NCBI GenBank assembly: GCA_963739645.1
Contig: CAVUBM010000080.1
Span: 16,862 to 80,861, forward strand
Direction of reading: 5' to 3'
Length of the DNA stretch: 64,000 nt
DNA from: an uncultured Actinomycetota bacterium
GTDB taxonomy: Bacteria; Actinomycetota; Actinomycetes; Streptosporangiales; Streptosporangiaceae
Below the pieces are notes generated by a model. It was not told where the DNA came from. It saw only the letters and a list, made by a program, of their open reading frames with translations, and searched no databases. The position numbers and the translations under genes were made by a program. This document shows positions 9,551 through 19,722 of the stretch, piece by piece. How positions within the stretch are numbered: the first letter of the stretch is position 1; each line of letters begins with the position of its first letter.

Positions 9551-11295
9551 ATGACGCGGGCCAACGAGGACATCGCGGCGCTGCTCGGGGAGTACTCCGA
9601 CCTGCTGCTGATCACCGGCGGCGACGCGTTCCGGGCGCGCATCTACGAGCGGGCGGCCCGGGCCGTGGCCGGCCATTCCGGAGATGTCGGGCAGCTGGAC
9701 GCCGCCGGGCTGCGGCAGATACCCGGCGTGGGCAAGTCGATCGCCGAGAAGATCACGGAGTACCGGGAGACCGGCACGATCCGGGCCGTCGAGGAGCTGC
9801 GCGCCGACGTGCCCGGCCGGGGTGCGGGAGCTGACCAGGATCCCGGCGCTCGGGCCCGAAGCGGGCCATGCAGCTCTGCCGCGATCTGCAGATCAGCTCG
9901 GTAGACGAGCTCACCGCCGCCATCAAGGACGGCAAGCTGCGCGACCTCAAGGGCTTCGGGCCGAAGAGCGAGGACCGGATCCTGCACGGCATCGAGATCA
10001 TGGAGCAGGCCGGCCAGCGCGTGCCGCTGAACGTGGCGATGGACACGGCCACGGCCATGGTCGCGGCCATCGGCTCGGTGCCGGGCTGCGTGCGCTGCGC
10101 GTACGCGGGCTCGCTGCGCCGGATGCGGGAGACCATCGGCGACGTCGACATCCTCGCCGCGGCTCGGGAGGCCAGCGACGCGCGCCCGCTGATGGCCGCG
10201 TTCACGGCGCTGCCCGACGTGGATCACGTGATCGCGTCGGGTGACACGAAGACGTCCATCCGCACCGGCCGTGGGCTGCAGGTCGACCTGCGGGTGGTAC
10301 CGCTGGACGCGTGGGGCGCCGCGCTGCAGTACTTCACCGGCTCCCAGGCGCACAACGTGCGCACCCGCGAGATCGCGGTCCGGATGAAGCTGAAGCTGTC
10401 CGAGTACGGCCTGTTCGACGTGGCCTCCGGCGAGCTGATCGTGTCCCGGACCGAGGAGGAGGTGTACCGCAGGCTCGGCATGTCCTGGATCCCGCCGGAG
10501 CTGCGGGAGGACACCGGCGAGATCCAGGCCGCGATCCGGGGCGAGCTCCCGGGCCTGGTGACCGGCGATGACATCCGCGGCGACCTGCACACGCATACCG
10601 ATCTCACCGACGGGGTGGCCCCGCTGGAGGACATGGTGGCGACCGCGGCGGCCCGCGGCTACGCCTACTACGCGGTCACCGACCACGCGCCGGACCTCGT
10701 CATGCAGCGGATGACCAGCGAGAAGATGCTCGCGCAGCGGGAGGAGGTCCGCGCGCTCGGCGCCCGGCTCGCGGCCGCGGCCACACCGATGACCCTGCTG
10801 CACGGCACCGAGCTGAACATCGCGCCGGACGGGACCGTGGACTGGCCGGCCGATTTCCTCGACGGCTTCGATCTCTGCGTGGCCTCGGTGCACTCGCACT
10901 TCGGCCAGCCGCGGCCGGAGATGACCCGCAGGTTCATCGCGGCCTGCGAGAACCCGCACGTGAACATCATCGGGCACCCCACGGCCCGCAAGATCGGCAA
11001 GCGCCCGCCGGTCGACGTCGACTTCGCCGAGCTGTTCCGGGCCTGCGCCAGGACCGGGACCGCCCTGGAGGTGAACGCCCACCCCGACCGGCTCGACCTG
11101 CCCGCCGATCACATCCGCGCCGCCAGGGACGCCGGGGTCAGGTTCGCCATCGACAGCGACGCGCACTCCACCGGGCACCTCGGCTACCTGCGCTACGGCG
11201 TCGGCACGGCGCGCCGCGGCTGGCTGAGGCCGGACGACGTCATCAACACCTGGCCGCTGGACCGGCTGCGGGAGTTCCTGCGCAAGCGCCGCTAG
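9551..11295 (+). CDS. polX: DNA polymerase X family protein with C-terminal PHP domain; two frame breaks near 9815-9865 as sequenced
   Basis: MTRANEDIAALLGEYSDLLLITGGDAFRARIYERAARAV...IPGVGKSIAEKI (frame 1); PAGVRELTRIPALGP (frame 2); MQLCRDLQISSVDEL...GSLRRMRETIGDVDIL...HTHTDLTDG...AIDSDAHS (frame 3, 475 aa uninterrupted). Confidence 0.85.
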
Positions 11296-12329
11296 CGAAG
11301 CTGCGCCCGGCCGGGCGGCTCGTCCCAGTCGGCCTGGTAGGGCTCGACCTCGATGCGCCACGGCGCGTCGTTGAAGAAGCTGGGCGACGGCCCGGAGCCG
11401 AACCGGGCGAACGCCGTGAAGTCCGTGGTCTCGCGGAACGCGGGCTGCTGGTAGAGATCACGGGCGTAACCCCAGAGCGCGGGGAAGTCCACCAGCCGCC
11501 GCTCGCTGATCTTCCCGAGCGGGTTGTACCCGAGGTCGAACCGGGCCAGGGTGGGCCACAGCCGCACGTCGGCCTCGGTCACCCCGGCGCCGAACAGGTA
11601 GCGCTGCCCGGCCAGCCGCTCGTCGAGGACGGTCAGGGTGCCGGTCAGCCGGTGCCGCAGCTGGGTGTACTCGGCCTCGGTCGTGGCGCCCGCGACCCGG
11701 TATGTCCCGTTGTTGACGGTCTCGTACACCCGCTCGTTCATGGCGTCGATATCGGCGCGCAGCTCCGGCGGGTACAGGTCGGGCGACGGCGTGGCCCACG
11801 CCCCGAACTGGGTACCCAGGTCGATCGTGATGTCCGGGAAGTTGTTGCTGACCAGCCTGCCGGCCTGACGGTCCCAGAGCGCAGGCACGGAGACATGCCC
11901 GTCGTAGCCGGGCTCGGTGGCCTCGTACGCCTCGGCCAGCAGCGTGAAGCCGTTGACCGGGTCGGCGCCGCGCCGTTCCCGGAACGCCCAGCCGCGCCCG
12001 TCCCGCACGTCGTCGACGTAGGAGAGCGACACCACGTCGTCGAGGCCCTTCAGCTTCCTGACGATCGCGGTCCGCTGCGCCCACGGGCAGCCCCAGGCGA
12101 TGTACAGGTGATAGCGGCCGGGCTCGGCGCGGTAGCCGCTGGAACCGTCAGCCGTGATCCGTCCCTGGAACCGGTAGCGCGGGCGCTCGAATGAGCTGCC
12201 GTGGTTGAAGCCCCGGCCCTCCCCGTACTGCCCGTACCGGTCATAGTCCACCGGGCTGGCGTACCTCGGGGCCTGCCCGCCCGCGGCGGTGTGCCCGTCT
12301 GCCCCTGCCTGTCCTGCCGTCTGGGCCAT
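11292..12329 (-). CDS. Xi-class glutathione transferase / glutathionyl-hydroquinone reductase (YqjG/ECM4-like)
   Basis: RYHLYIAWGCPWAQRTAIVRKLKGL (family Cys-Pro-Trp-Ala motif); VSVPALWDRQ...VSNNFPDI; YRVAGATTEAEY. Start taken at MAQTAG (12329); the ORF stays open up to 12500. Confidence 0.8.
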   Translation of the reverse strand: MAQTAGQAGADGHTAAGGQAPRYASPVDYDRYGQYGEGRGFNHGSSFERPRYRFQGRITADGSSGYRAEPGRYHLYIAWGCPWAQRTAIVRKLKGLDDVVSLSYVDDVRDGRGWAFRERRGADPVNGFTLLAEAYEATEPGYDGHVSVPALWDRQAGRLVSNNFPDITIDLGTQFGAWATPSPDLYPPELRADIDAMNERVYETVNNGTYRVAGATTEAEYTQLRHRLTGTLTVLDERLAGQRYLFGAGVTEADVRLWPTLARFDLGYNPLGKISERRLVDFPALWGYARDLYQQPAFRETTDFTAFARFGSGPSPSFFNDAPWRIEVEPYQADWDEPPGRAQLR

Positions 12330-12438
12330 CGCGCTGCCCTCGCATTCTGCGACGTTGCCGGTTACCGCCATCATCACATTCCGCGCGCGCCGGGCCGGAG
12401 CCGCCCGGAGCCGCGCTGGGGTTACCGCGCCGCGGTTA

Positions 12439-13431
12439 TCACGTCCGGCCGGGCCAGCGGCAGGACCCGGGAGCGTTCGCGGCCCAGTGCGGAGCACCAC
12501 CGTCCGCCCACCGCCGCAGGTTCTCGGCGAATATCTCGCCGGTCCGCCGGAACATCAGGTCGGTCAGCCCGCCGGCGTGCGGGGTGGCGATGACCGCCGG
12601 ATGGTCCAGCAGGGCGGAGTCAGGGTCGGCGGGCTCGCGGGCGAACACGTCGAGCCCGGCCCCGGCCACCTGGCCGGCCTGCAGGGCCGCCAGCAGGGCG
12701 TCTTCGTCCACCAGGCCGCCGCGGGCCACGTTGACGAACAGCGCGCCTGGCTTCATCGCCGCGAACGCCTCCGCGCCGAACATCCCGGCGGTGCCGTCGT
12801 CGAGCATCGCGCAGCAGACCACCGCGTCGGCCTGGGCCAGCAGCCCGGTCAGCTGATCCGGCGCGGCGACCCGCTCCACGCCGGGCGGCCCGCCGCGCTC
12901 GGGATGCGCCCGCACCCCGAGCAGCCGGGTGCCGAACGGCGCCAGCCTGCGGGCCACGGCCGCGCCGATGGAGCCGAGGCCGACGATGAGCACGGTGCTG
13001 CCGACCAGCGACCCGCCGGTCGGCCGCTGTTCCCAGCGCCGGGCCAGGAGCGCGTCCCTGGCCTCATCGAACCGGCGGGCCAGGGCCAGCAGGAACAGCA
13101 CGGCGAGCTCGGCCACGCTGTCGGCGTTGCCCCCGGCGTCGCCCGGGACCCGCGCCACCCAGACGCCCAGCTCGGTCGCGCGGGTGATGTCGACGCTTTC
13201 CAGGCCCACCCCGAACTGCTGCACCAGCCCGAATGTCCCGGCCTCCAGCACGGCCTTGTCGATCCTGGCGCCGAACGGGCACACCGCGGCGACGCCGTCG
13301 AGATGGTCGGCGATGTCCCGCGGCGGGCTGACGAGGATCTCCCACCCGGGCAGCAGCCCGGCCAGATCGGTCCAGCCGAGCTCGGCGGTGTAGCGCTCCC
13401 GGCCGAACAGCACCCGGCGCCGGGCGGTCAC
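12439..13431 (-). CDS. D-isomer-specific 2-hydroxyacid dehydrogenase family protein
   Basis: 330-aa ORF. NAD-binding VLIVGLGSIGAAVARRL; FVNVARGGLVDEDAL; VIATPHAGG. Confidence 0.8.
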   Translation of the reverse strand: MTARRRVLFGRERYTAELGWTDLAGLLPGWEILVSPPRDIADHLDGVAAVCPFGARIDKAVLEAGTFGLVQQFGVGLESVDITRATELGVWVARVPGDAGGNADSVAELAVLFLLALARRFDEARDALLARRWEQRPTGGSLVGSTVLIVGLGSIGAAVARRLAPFGTRLLGVRAHPERGGPPGVERVAAPDQLTGLLAQADAVVCCAMLDDGTAGMFGAEAFAAMKPGALFVNVARGGLVDEDALLAALQAGQVAGAGLDVFAREPADPDSALLDHPAVIATPHAGGLTDLMFRRTGEIFAENLRRWADGGAPHWAANAPGSCRWPGRT

Positions 13432-13438
13432 GGCGCTG

Positions 13439-14263
13439 TCACGGCAGGGACGCGAGCAGTTCTCGCACCGGCTTGCGCCGGCCAGCGTAGAACGGGATCT
13501 CGACGCGGGTGTGCAGCCTGGCCTGCGCGCCGCGCAGATGGCGCATGAGGTCCACGATCCGGTGCAGCTCGTCGGCCTCGAACGCGAGCATCCACTCGTA
13601 GTCGTTCAGCGCGAAGCAGGCGACCGTGTTGGCCCGGACGTCCGGGTACTCCCTGGCCATCATCCCGTGCTCGGCGAGCAGGGCCCGGCGTTCCTCGGGG
13701 TCGAGCAGGTACCACTCATAGGACCGGACGAACGGGTAGACGCTCACATAGGCGCGGGGCTCCTCCTCGGCCAGGAACGCCGGGACATGGCCCTTGTTGA
13801 ACTCCGCGGGCCGGTGCAGCGCCATCGCCGACCAGACGGGCTCGCTGGCCCGGCCGAGCCCGGTCCGCCGGAACCGGGCGTACATCTCCTGCAGGTCATC
13901 GGATGACGGCGCGACCCACCAGAACATGAAGTCGGCGTCGGCCCGCAGACCCTGCAGGTCGTAGCAGCCGCGGGTCACGACGCCCTTGCCCGCGGCCTGC
14001 TGGCACAGCTCGCTGACCTCGGCGGCGAGACCAGGCCGGCCGGACTTCGTCTGCTCCCCGGCGGCCTCGAGCGCGCCCGGGCCGGTGACCCGGAAGACCG
14101 ACCACATCGTGTAGCGGATCAGCTCGTTCAGGTCCCGCGCCTTGGGCCGCTGCCCTTCCGGGTGGCGCTCCTCGGTCTTGCCGGGCCGGTGCCCGGCGTC
14201 GTTCCCAGCCATGTCGTTATTGTCCCATCGGAATCTGGTCCTTCGGTCCCCCGCTCGGCTCAT
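13439..14263 (-). CDS. hemQ: Coproheme decarboxylase (hydrogen peroxide-dependent heme synthase, chlorite-dismutase family)
   Basis: [11 protein letters not shown]; [29 protein letters not shown]; [34 protein letters not shown]. An alternative start MAGNDAG lies at 14212. Confidence 0.85.
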   Translation of the reverse strand: MSRAGDRRTRFRWDNNDMAGNDAGHRPGKTEERHPEGQRPKARDLNELIRYTMWSVFRVTGPGALEAAGEQTKSGRPGLAAEVSELCQQAAGKGVVTRGCYDLQGLRADADFMFWWVAPSSDDLQEMYARFRRTGLGRASEPVWSAMALHRPAEFNKGHVPAFLAEEEPRAYVSVYPFVRSYEWYLLDPEERRALLAEHGMMAREYPDVRANTVACFALNDYEWMLAFEADELHRIVDLMRHLRGAQARLHTRVEIPFYAGRRKPVRELLASLP

Positions 14264-14297
14264 CGCCGGGCGGGGCGTCAGGGCGGCTTGAGTCGGT

Positions 14298-15791
14298 TTA
14301 CCAGGCGCCGCGCCGCCGGGCGTCGGCGGGCCCGGCCTGGCGGGTGGCCAGGAAGGCGAGCACCTGGTCCGCGGCCCGCCGGGCCGAGGCGATGCAGGCC
14401 GGGATGCCGATCCCGTCGTAGGCCGCCCCGCAGACCGCGAGGCCGGGCAGGTTCGCGACCCCGGACCGGACCCGCGCGACGCGGTCCAGGTGGCCCACCG
14501 CGTACTGCGGCAGCCCGCCGCCCCACCGGCTGACCCGCACGTCAGCGGGAACGCCGCGCACTCCGGTCGCGTCCGCCAGGTCGGCAGCGGCCAGCCGGGC
14601 CAGCTCGCTGTCGTCCCGCTGCAGCAGGGCCTCCTCGCCCACCCGGCCCACGGAGCACCGCACGATGTCCAGGGCGGCGCCGTCGGCCCGCAGGTGCGGC
14701 CACTTCACCGTGCTGAACGTGACGGCCTTGACTACCCGGCCGTCGACCGCGGGGACCAGGTAGCCGCTGCCCTGCGGCGGATGCGGGAACGCGTCACGCG
14801 GGAAGGCCACCGTGACGATCGCCATACTCGCGTATTCGATCTCGCCGAGCGCAGCCGCGGCCGCCGCGGCCGCCGGCAGGCCGGCCAGCAGCCTGCTGGC
14901 CGGACGGGCGGGCACGGCGAGGATGACCGCGTCGGCGTCCAGCCGTTCCGGGGCCCGGGTCGGGCCGATGGTCAGCCGCCAGCCCGGTCCCCGCCCATCT
15001 CCCCGTCCCCCGGCACCGTCCCCGGTCACCGTGCGGGCGAGCTCCCGGGTCATCGCGTTGGTCCGCACCGTCGCGCCGGACGCGGCGGCGATCGCGGGCG
15101 GCAGCGTGCCCAGGCCGCCCGACAGCGTGGTGAACACGGGCGTGGCCGGGCGCGGCGCATCCGGGGCGGGCAGCAGCGATGCCGCCGCCGCGGTGAGGGA
15201 GCGGTGCTGCCGCGAGGCCTGCGCCAGCCCGGGGAGGGTGGCCTCGGCGGACAGCTCGTCGGACCGGCCCGCGTAGACCCCGCCGAGCAGCGGATCGACC
15301 AGCCGGTCCACGAGCTCCTGGCCGAACCTCGCCCCGACCAGGCTGGCCACCGTCACGTCACCGTCCCGCGGGGTTGGCGGCAGCTGGAGATCTTCGCGGG
15401 CCCTGGCCAGCCCCGCCGGGGACAGGATCCCGGAGGTCTCCAGCTCACCCAGGTCCCCGGGTACGCCCATGAACTGGCGTTTCGGCAGCGGGCGCAGCTG
15501 TCCGCGGGTCCAGATGGCCGCGGCGGTGGTGCCGGCCGGCACCAGCTGGCCGGCCAGTCCGACGGCGTCGATCAAATCGAGCCCCTCGGGGCGGCGGGCG
15601 AGCAGGGCCTCAGCGCCCGCGTCGACGTCGATCCCAGCGATCTCGGAAACCGAGAGCTTGCCGCCGAGCCGTGGCGAGCCCTCGAGCACGGTGACGTCCG
15701 CGCCCTGGTCACGGAGGAAGAATGCCGCGGCGAGCCCGGAGATGCCGCCGCCCACGATCGCGACGGCCGGCCGCTGGGATGGTGCATGCAC
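14298..15791 (-). CDS. hemY: Protoporphyrinogen/coproporphyrinogen III oxidase (FAD)
   Basis: 497-aa [40 protein letters not shown] dinucleotide-binding N-terminus. Adjacent to hemQ, as in the coproporphyrin-dependent pathway. Confidence 0.85.
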   Translation of the reverse strand: MHAPSQRPAVAIVGGGISGLAAAFFLRDQGADVTVLEGSPRLGGKLSVSEIAGIDVDAGAEALLARRPEGLDLIDAVGLAGQLVPAGTTAAAIWTRGQLRPLPKRQFMGVPGDLGELETSGILSPAGLARAREDLQLPPTPRDGDVTVASLVGARFGQELVDRLVDPLLGGVYAGRSDELSAEATLPGLAQASRQHRSLTAAAASLLPAPDAPRPATPVFTTLSGGLGTLPPAIAAASGATVRTNAMTRELARTVTGDGAGGRGDGRGPGWRLTIGPTRAPERLDADAVILAVPARPASRLLAGLPAAAAAAAALGEIEYASMAIVTVAFPRDAFPHPPQGSGYLVPAVDGRVVKAVTFSTVKWPHLRADGAALDIVRCSVGRVGEEALLQRDDSELARLAAADLADATGVRGVPADVRVSRWGGGLPQYAVGHLDRVARVRSGVANLPGLAVCGAAYDGIGIPACIASARRAADQVLAFLATRQAGPADARRRGAW

Positions 15792-15900
15792 CTGTCTACT
15801 GTGCCCTACCGGGATGCGTGATCACCGCGGGCCCGTCCGCTATCGGACCCCCACCCGCAGCGATCACACTGATCAGAGTCGGGACACGGCCGGCGAAGAC

Positions 15901-17713
15901 TCAGCCGTGCCTGCTGTTCCCGCCATTCCTGGTGGCGTTGCCGCCGTTGCTGTGACCGAGTTCAGCGAACGGGAACGCGCGGTGGCGGCGGGGCGGGATC
16001 AGGAAGTTCTGCCGCCGCGTCGCGGTGATGAACCGCTCCAGGCCGTTGTCGTCCGGGTCCACGCCGAACTCCTTCTGCAGATCAAGCGAGGCCTGGTTGG
16101 TCCGCATGGTCGCGAAGAAATCGGCCGACGGTACGAACACCGTGAACTGGAGCTTCGCCTGCTCGGTCCCGTCGGGCACATCCATGCCGTCGAAGCCCGG
16201 CCCGTCCATCCGCAGGTGGATCGGCGCTCCGGCGGCGGTGCGGGATGAGCGCTGCAGGCGTGGAAATGTGGCCCATCCGGTGCTCTGGCTTGCCGGTGGC
16301 CGGGTCGGGCAGCGTGCCGATGCCCTCGGCGCTCCGCTGCGCGTCGTCGAAGCCCTTGAACTCGTTCTGCAGGAACGAAGGGCCGCCGCCGTTGACGAAC
16401 TGGTTGGCCACGCCCATGGATGGCGGCGGGTCGGCCCGGAACATGTACTGGACCCGTTCCAGGTACGTCCCGTCGTCGCCCGGGACGTTGGCCACGTCCA
16501 GGTCGAAGAACTGGATCATGTCCAGGATGTCGTGCGACAGGTGCTGCATCGACCCGAGGTCGAAGTAGTCACCTGGCTCGGCGGAGGTGAGGTCGATCCC
16601 GCCGCCGCCCACGAAGGTGACGTTCTGCGCGGGTGCGCTGGCGTTCACCTGCTGGTCGGCGAACCCCATCCACATCGGGGACTGCGGGTTCACGAACGAG
16701 GCGAAGGGCAGGTGGTTGGTGTCCGCCACGTTGCGCGGCAGGCCCTGCTGGACGAACATCACCCGGGCGCTGGTGAACGTCAGCCCCGTGCTCAGGCTGG
16801 GCGACGGGACGTGCTCCCCGCCGAGCCGGTTGCTGCCGCCCAGGAACGCCATCACATCCCACAGGTTGTCCACGTTGTCACTGCGCAGCGTGAACAGCAT
16901 GTCGTTCTGCTCGATCCGGACCGGGACGTTGAACCTCACCTTGGTGATGCCGGGGTTGGCCGGGCTCACATCGGTGGGCGCTGGTACCGCCTCCTCCAGG
17001 ACGAACCGGCTGTTGTCGGAGGCCAGGCGTGGCACAAGCGTGTTGAACATCCAGCTGGGGAACCGGTTGAAGTACGGCAGGCCGTAGGCGACGAACGTGA
17101 ACACACCCTGCGCCGCGAACGGGTAGACCTCCTCGATCCGGTCCAGGGCGTCGGCGAGCTGGCCCTGGTCGTCCTGGGTCGGGGTGGAGCCGAGCCGGGC
17201 CGGCGCGAACAGCGTGTAGACCGGCGGGAACGAGACCACGACGCCGTCGATGGTCACGGCCGGGGACGCGAACGCGGACAGGTCGAACTGGATGTCCGAC
17301 AGGGTCGCGGTCACCGCCTGGGCGCCGTGCCCATGCGCCGGGTCGACTGCGAGCCGCACCGGCACCGAGGCGAGATGCCGCATCCCCTCCAGCCCGGCGA
17401 ACGCGGCGGCGAGACCGCCCCCGGTGAGCAGAAGCTTGCGGCGGGACACGCTGCGCTCTGAGCCAGGATCGGGCTGCGGGTCGGCGTCGGCCTGGTGCCG
17501 GGGTCCGGTCGGCACATGATGCGTCTCGGCCCGGCGCCCGCCGCGGGACTCTGGCTGCTTGCGCGGGGCCGCGTGCTGCGGTTCGAACCAGTCCCGGGCG
17601 GACTCACCGGCGTTCTGCCGGGAGTCGTCCCGGCCGCCTTCACCGTCGGCAGCCCGCTTGGTACCTCGGCGTTTCTTGGTGCTCCGGTGTTCAGAACCCG
17701 TGGAATGGACCAT
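15901..17713 (-). CDS. Tat-signal secreted protein with DyP-like C-terminal features; one frame break near 16258 as sequenced
   Basis: Twin-arginine motif SRRKLLLTGGGLAAAFAG. The long ORF 16082-17713 joins 15901-16209 via ...PEHRMGHIS / LQRSSRTAAGAPIHLRMDGPGFDG..., which resembles the DyP proximal-His block (compare efe[10 protein letters not shown]...ILRRGYNY). The start is uncertain: ~90 charged residues precede the Tat motif. Confidence 0.55.
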
Positions 17714-17824
17714 GACGGCCTCCAGGAGGCGTGAGAAGAGTGAGGCGAGAGTGGCGACCGAGGCGGGGTCACGGTCTCGGGGCCAGCACGGAGGAACGGG
17801 GGACCTCCGCGCCCGCGGATCACA

Positions 17825-18559
17825 CTAGGACCGCCAGTCACTCCTGGACAGGGACGAGTACCCCTCGGGAGACGGACGCCCCTTGGGGGGTCCGGCCGGG
17901 GCCGATCCGGCCCCGGGCAGCAGGCCGAAGGCATCGGCCACGGCCAGCGCGCCTGACCTGTTGCGCACGCCGAGCTTGCGGAACATGCGGGTCTGGACGT
18001 TCTCCACGGTCTTCGGTGCGATCCCCAGCACCCGGGCGGTCTGCCGGATCGAATGGCCGCGGGACAGGGAGCGCAGGATGTCGCTCTCCCGCGCGGTCAG
18101 CTCGGGCAGCTCGAGCCTGCCCGGCGCCCGCTCATCCCAGCGGGCGCGCACCGCACCGATCAGCGGCCGCATCGGGCTCGAGTCCACCACCAGGTACCCC
18201 TGGCCGACCATACGCAGGACGGACAGGAAATGGTCATCGATACGCTCCGCCGACACCAGTGAGGCGGCCCCGCTGGCGAGCGCCTCGGCGAGCTCGGGCG
18301 GATCGAGAGGCTTGCTGTGCACGAGTATGGCCGGGACACCGAGCTCAGCCACCAGGTCCCAGTCCCGTGATTCTGGGTCGACGAGCACAACCATGATCGG
18401 GCCACGGTGCCAGCGGGCCCAGTGCGTATCCGCCACCGGGCCGGGCTCCCGCACCAGGACAAACGGCAGCGAGCTGCGGACCAGGGCCGCCACAATCTGC
18501 TCGAGGGCCGGGTTGGGCTGCCCGGACACCACCGCCAGCGCCACCGAGTCGGCGTCCAT
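17825..18559 (-). CDS. LuxR-family regulator with a degenerate receiver-like N-domain
   Basis: C-terminal HTH LTARESDILRSLSRGHSIRQTARVLGIAPKTVENVQTRMFRKLGV. The N-domain lacks the acidic DD pair (AVVSGQ). Confidence 0.7.
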   Translation of the reverse strand: MDADSVALAVVSGQPNPALEQIVAALVRSSLPFVLVREPGPVADTHWARWHRGPIMVVLVDPESRDWDLVAELGVPAILVHSKPLDPPELAEALASGAASLVSAERIDDHFLSVLRMVGQGYLVVDSSPMRPLIGAVRARWDERAPGRLELPELTARESDILRSLSRGHSIRQTARVLGIAPKTVENVQTRMFRKLGVRNRSGALAVADAFGLLPGAGSAPAGPPKGRPSPEGYSSLSRSDWRS

Positions 18560-19193
18560 GGGCTGCCGCCGTCGCGGCGGCCGGAGCGGCGCTGCGGTCG
18601 AGCATTCCCATCGAGGCCGCCTTGGCGACCGCGTGCACGCTGCTGCTCACGTCCAGCTTCGCGTAGACGCGGCGCTTGAGGTTCTCCACCGTCAACGGGC
18701 TGATCTTCAGCAAGGCCGCGATCTCGGCCACGCCGTGGCCCGACCCGGTGAGCACGACAAGCTCGAGCTCACGGTCGGTCAGGGAGCCGGTGACGTCCTT
18801 GGCGTGCTTGCCCTTCCTGCGGCGCAGCAGGGCCATGACGGCAGCCAGGCCGTGCGACTCGGGAACGAGTGACGCCACGCCCGCGCGGCAGGCCGCGGCC
18901 AGCTCCTGCTCGGACGCATCCCGGTAGGTCACGATCACGTTCACCTCGGGGAAGCGCCGGGTGAGCGCACCGACCCGCGCCGCGATCTCGCCCAGCCGCT
19001 GGCCCGCGTCGAGGATCACGACGTCAGGGCGCCGCAGCTCACACAGATCAAATACAGCTTCCGGCTCGGCGACATTGCCGACCACGGTGACGTCCGGCCG
19101 CACGGCCAGACAGGTGGACAGAGTGTCGCGGAGCAGCCGGCGCGGCGACTGCACGGCTACCCTGACGGTTTCGCGAGCGGGGGACGCGACCAT
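18345..19193 (-). CDS. LuxR-family regulator with an atypical receiver domain; 3' end uncertain
   Basis: MVASPARETVRVAVQSPRRLL...PDVVILDAG...; HTH LTDRELELVVLTGSGHGVAEIAALLKISPLTVENLKRRVYAKLDV. After ...AASMGMLD the frame stays open ~80 codons across the next gene's start, which suggests a lost stop, a frame break or a fusion. Confidence 0.6.
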   Translation of the reverse strand: MVASPARETVRVAVQSPRRLLRDTLSTCLAVRPDVTVVGNVAEPEAVFDLCELRRPDVVILDAGQRLGEIAARVGALTRRFPEVNVIVTYRDASEQELAAACRAGVASLVPESHGLAAVMALLRRRKGKHAKDVTGSLTDRELELVVLTGSGHGVAEIAALLKISPLTVENLKRRVYAKLDVSSSVHAVAKAASMGMLDRSAAPAAATAAAHGRRLGGAGGGVRAAQPGPRADCGGPGPQLAAVCPGAGARPGGGYALGPLAPWPDHGCARRPRITGLGPGG

Positions 19194-19722
19194 CGTTAGC
19201 CTGCGATTCTCGTTTCTCCACACATAGTGGGTAAGTGCGGAATCGCAGTCTACGCCGGAGGAGCCTTTAACCGCCGCTCGGTTGACCTTTATGGAGAAAT
19301 CTGCTCTGGTGTCTGGATTCGCAGAATTACCGGCCCGGTGATCCCTACCAGGACGGTGCTGCCGAGCGAAACTGAGCGGCTACCGGCTGTATCCTCGCTT
19401 TTCCTGGCGGCTGTCTTCGGGTTTCTCCCCGCTGACATCGAGATTTCCCTCAGCGGCCACCTGACCGGCTTTCCGGAGAAGATGATAACTGGCAGAAGCG
19501 CCGGCAATCTAACAAATCCTGAGATCCGAATGTGATTCGGTGTAACACCGGATTCCTCGCCGGGCCGGCCGGTGGCGGCTGACCAGTCGTGCCCTCGCCC
19601 GCCTGCCGCAGCACGGTGCGGACCTGGTCGTCGCACAGCACGCCGTGCCGCCAGGCAATCTGTTACCGGACCGTGCCCGGGCCCGGGGGAACCGCCTGGC
19701 CGACCGGGCGCGTCCCAGCGGC

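Noticed and set aside
19227-19535. 102-aa ORF in the LuxR/DUF4349 gap
   Set aside because: No third-position GC bias, no RBS, and no recognisable motif. I treat the region as non-coding pending conservation data.
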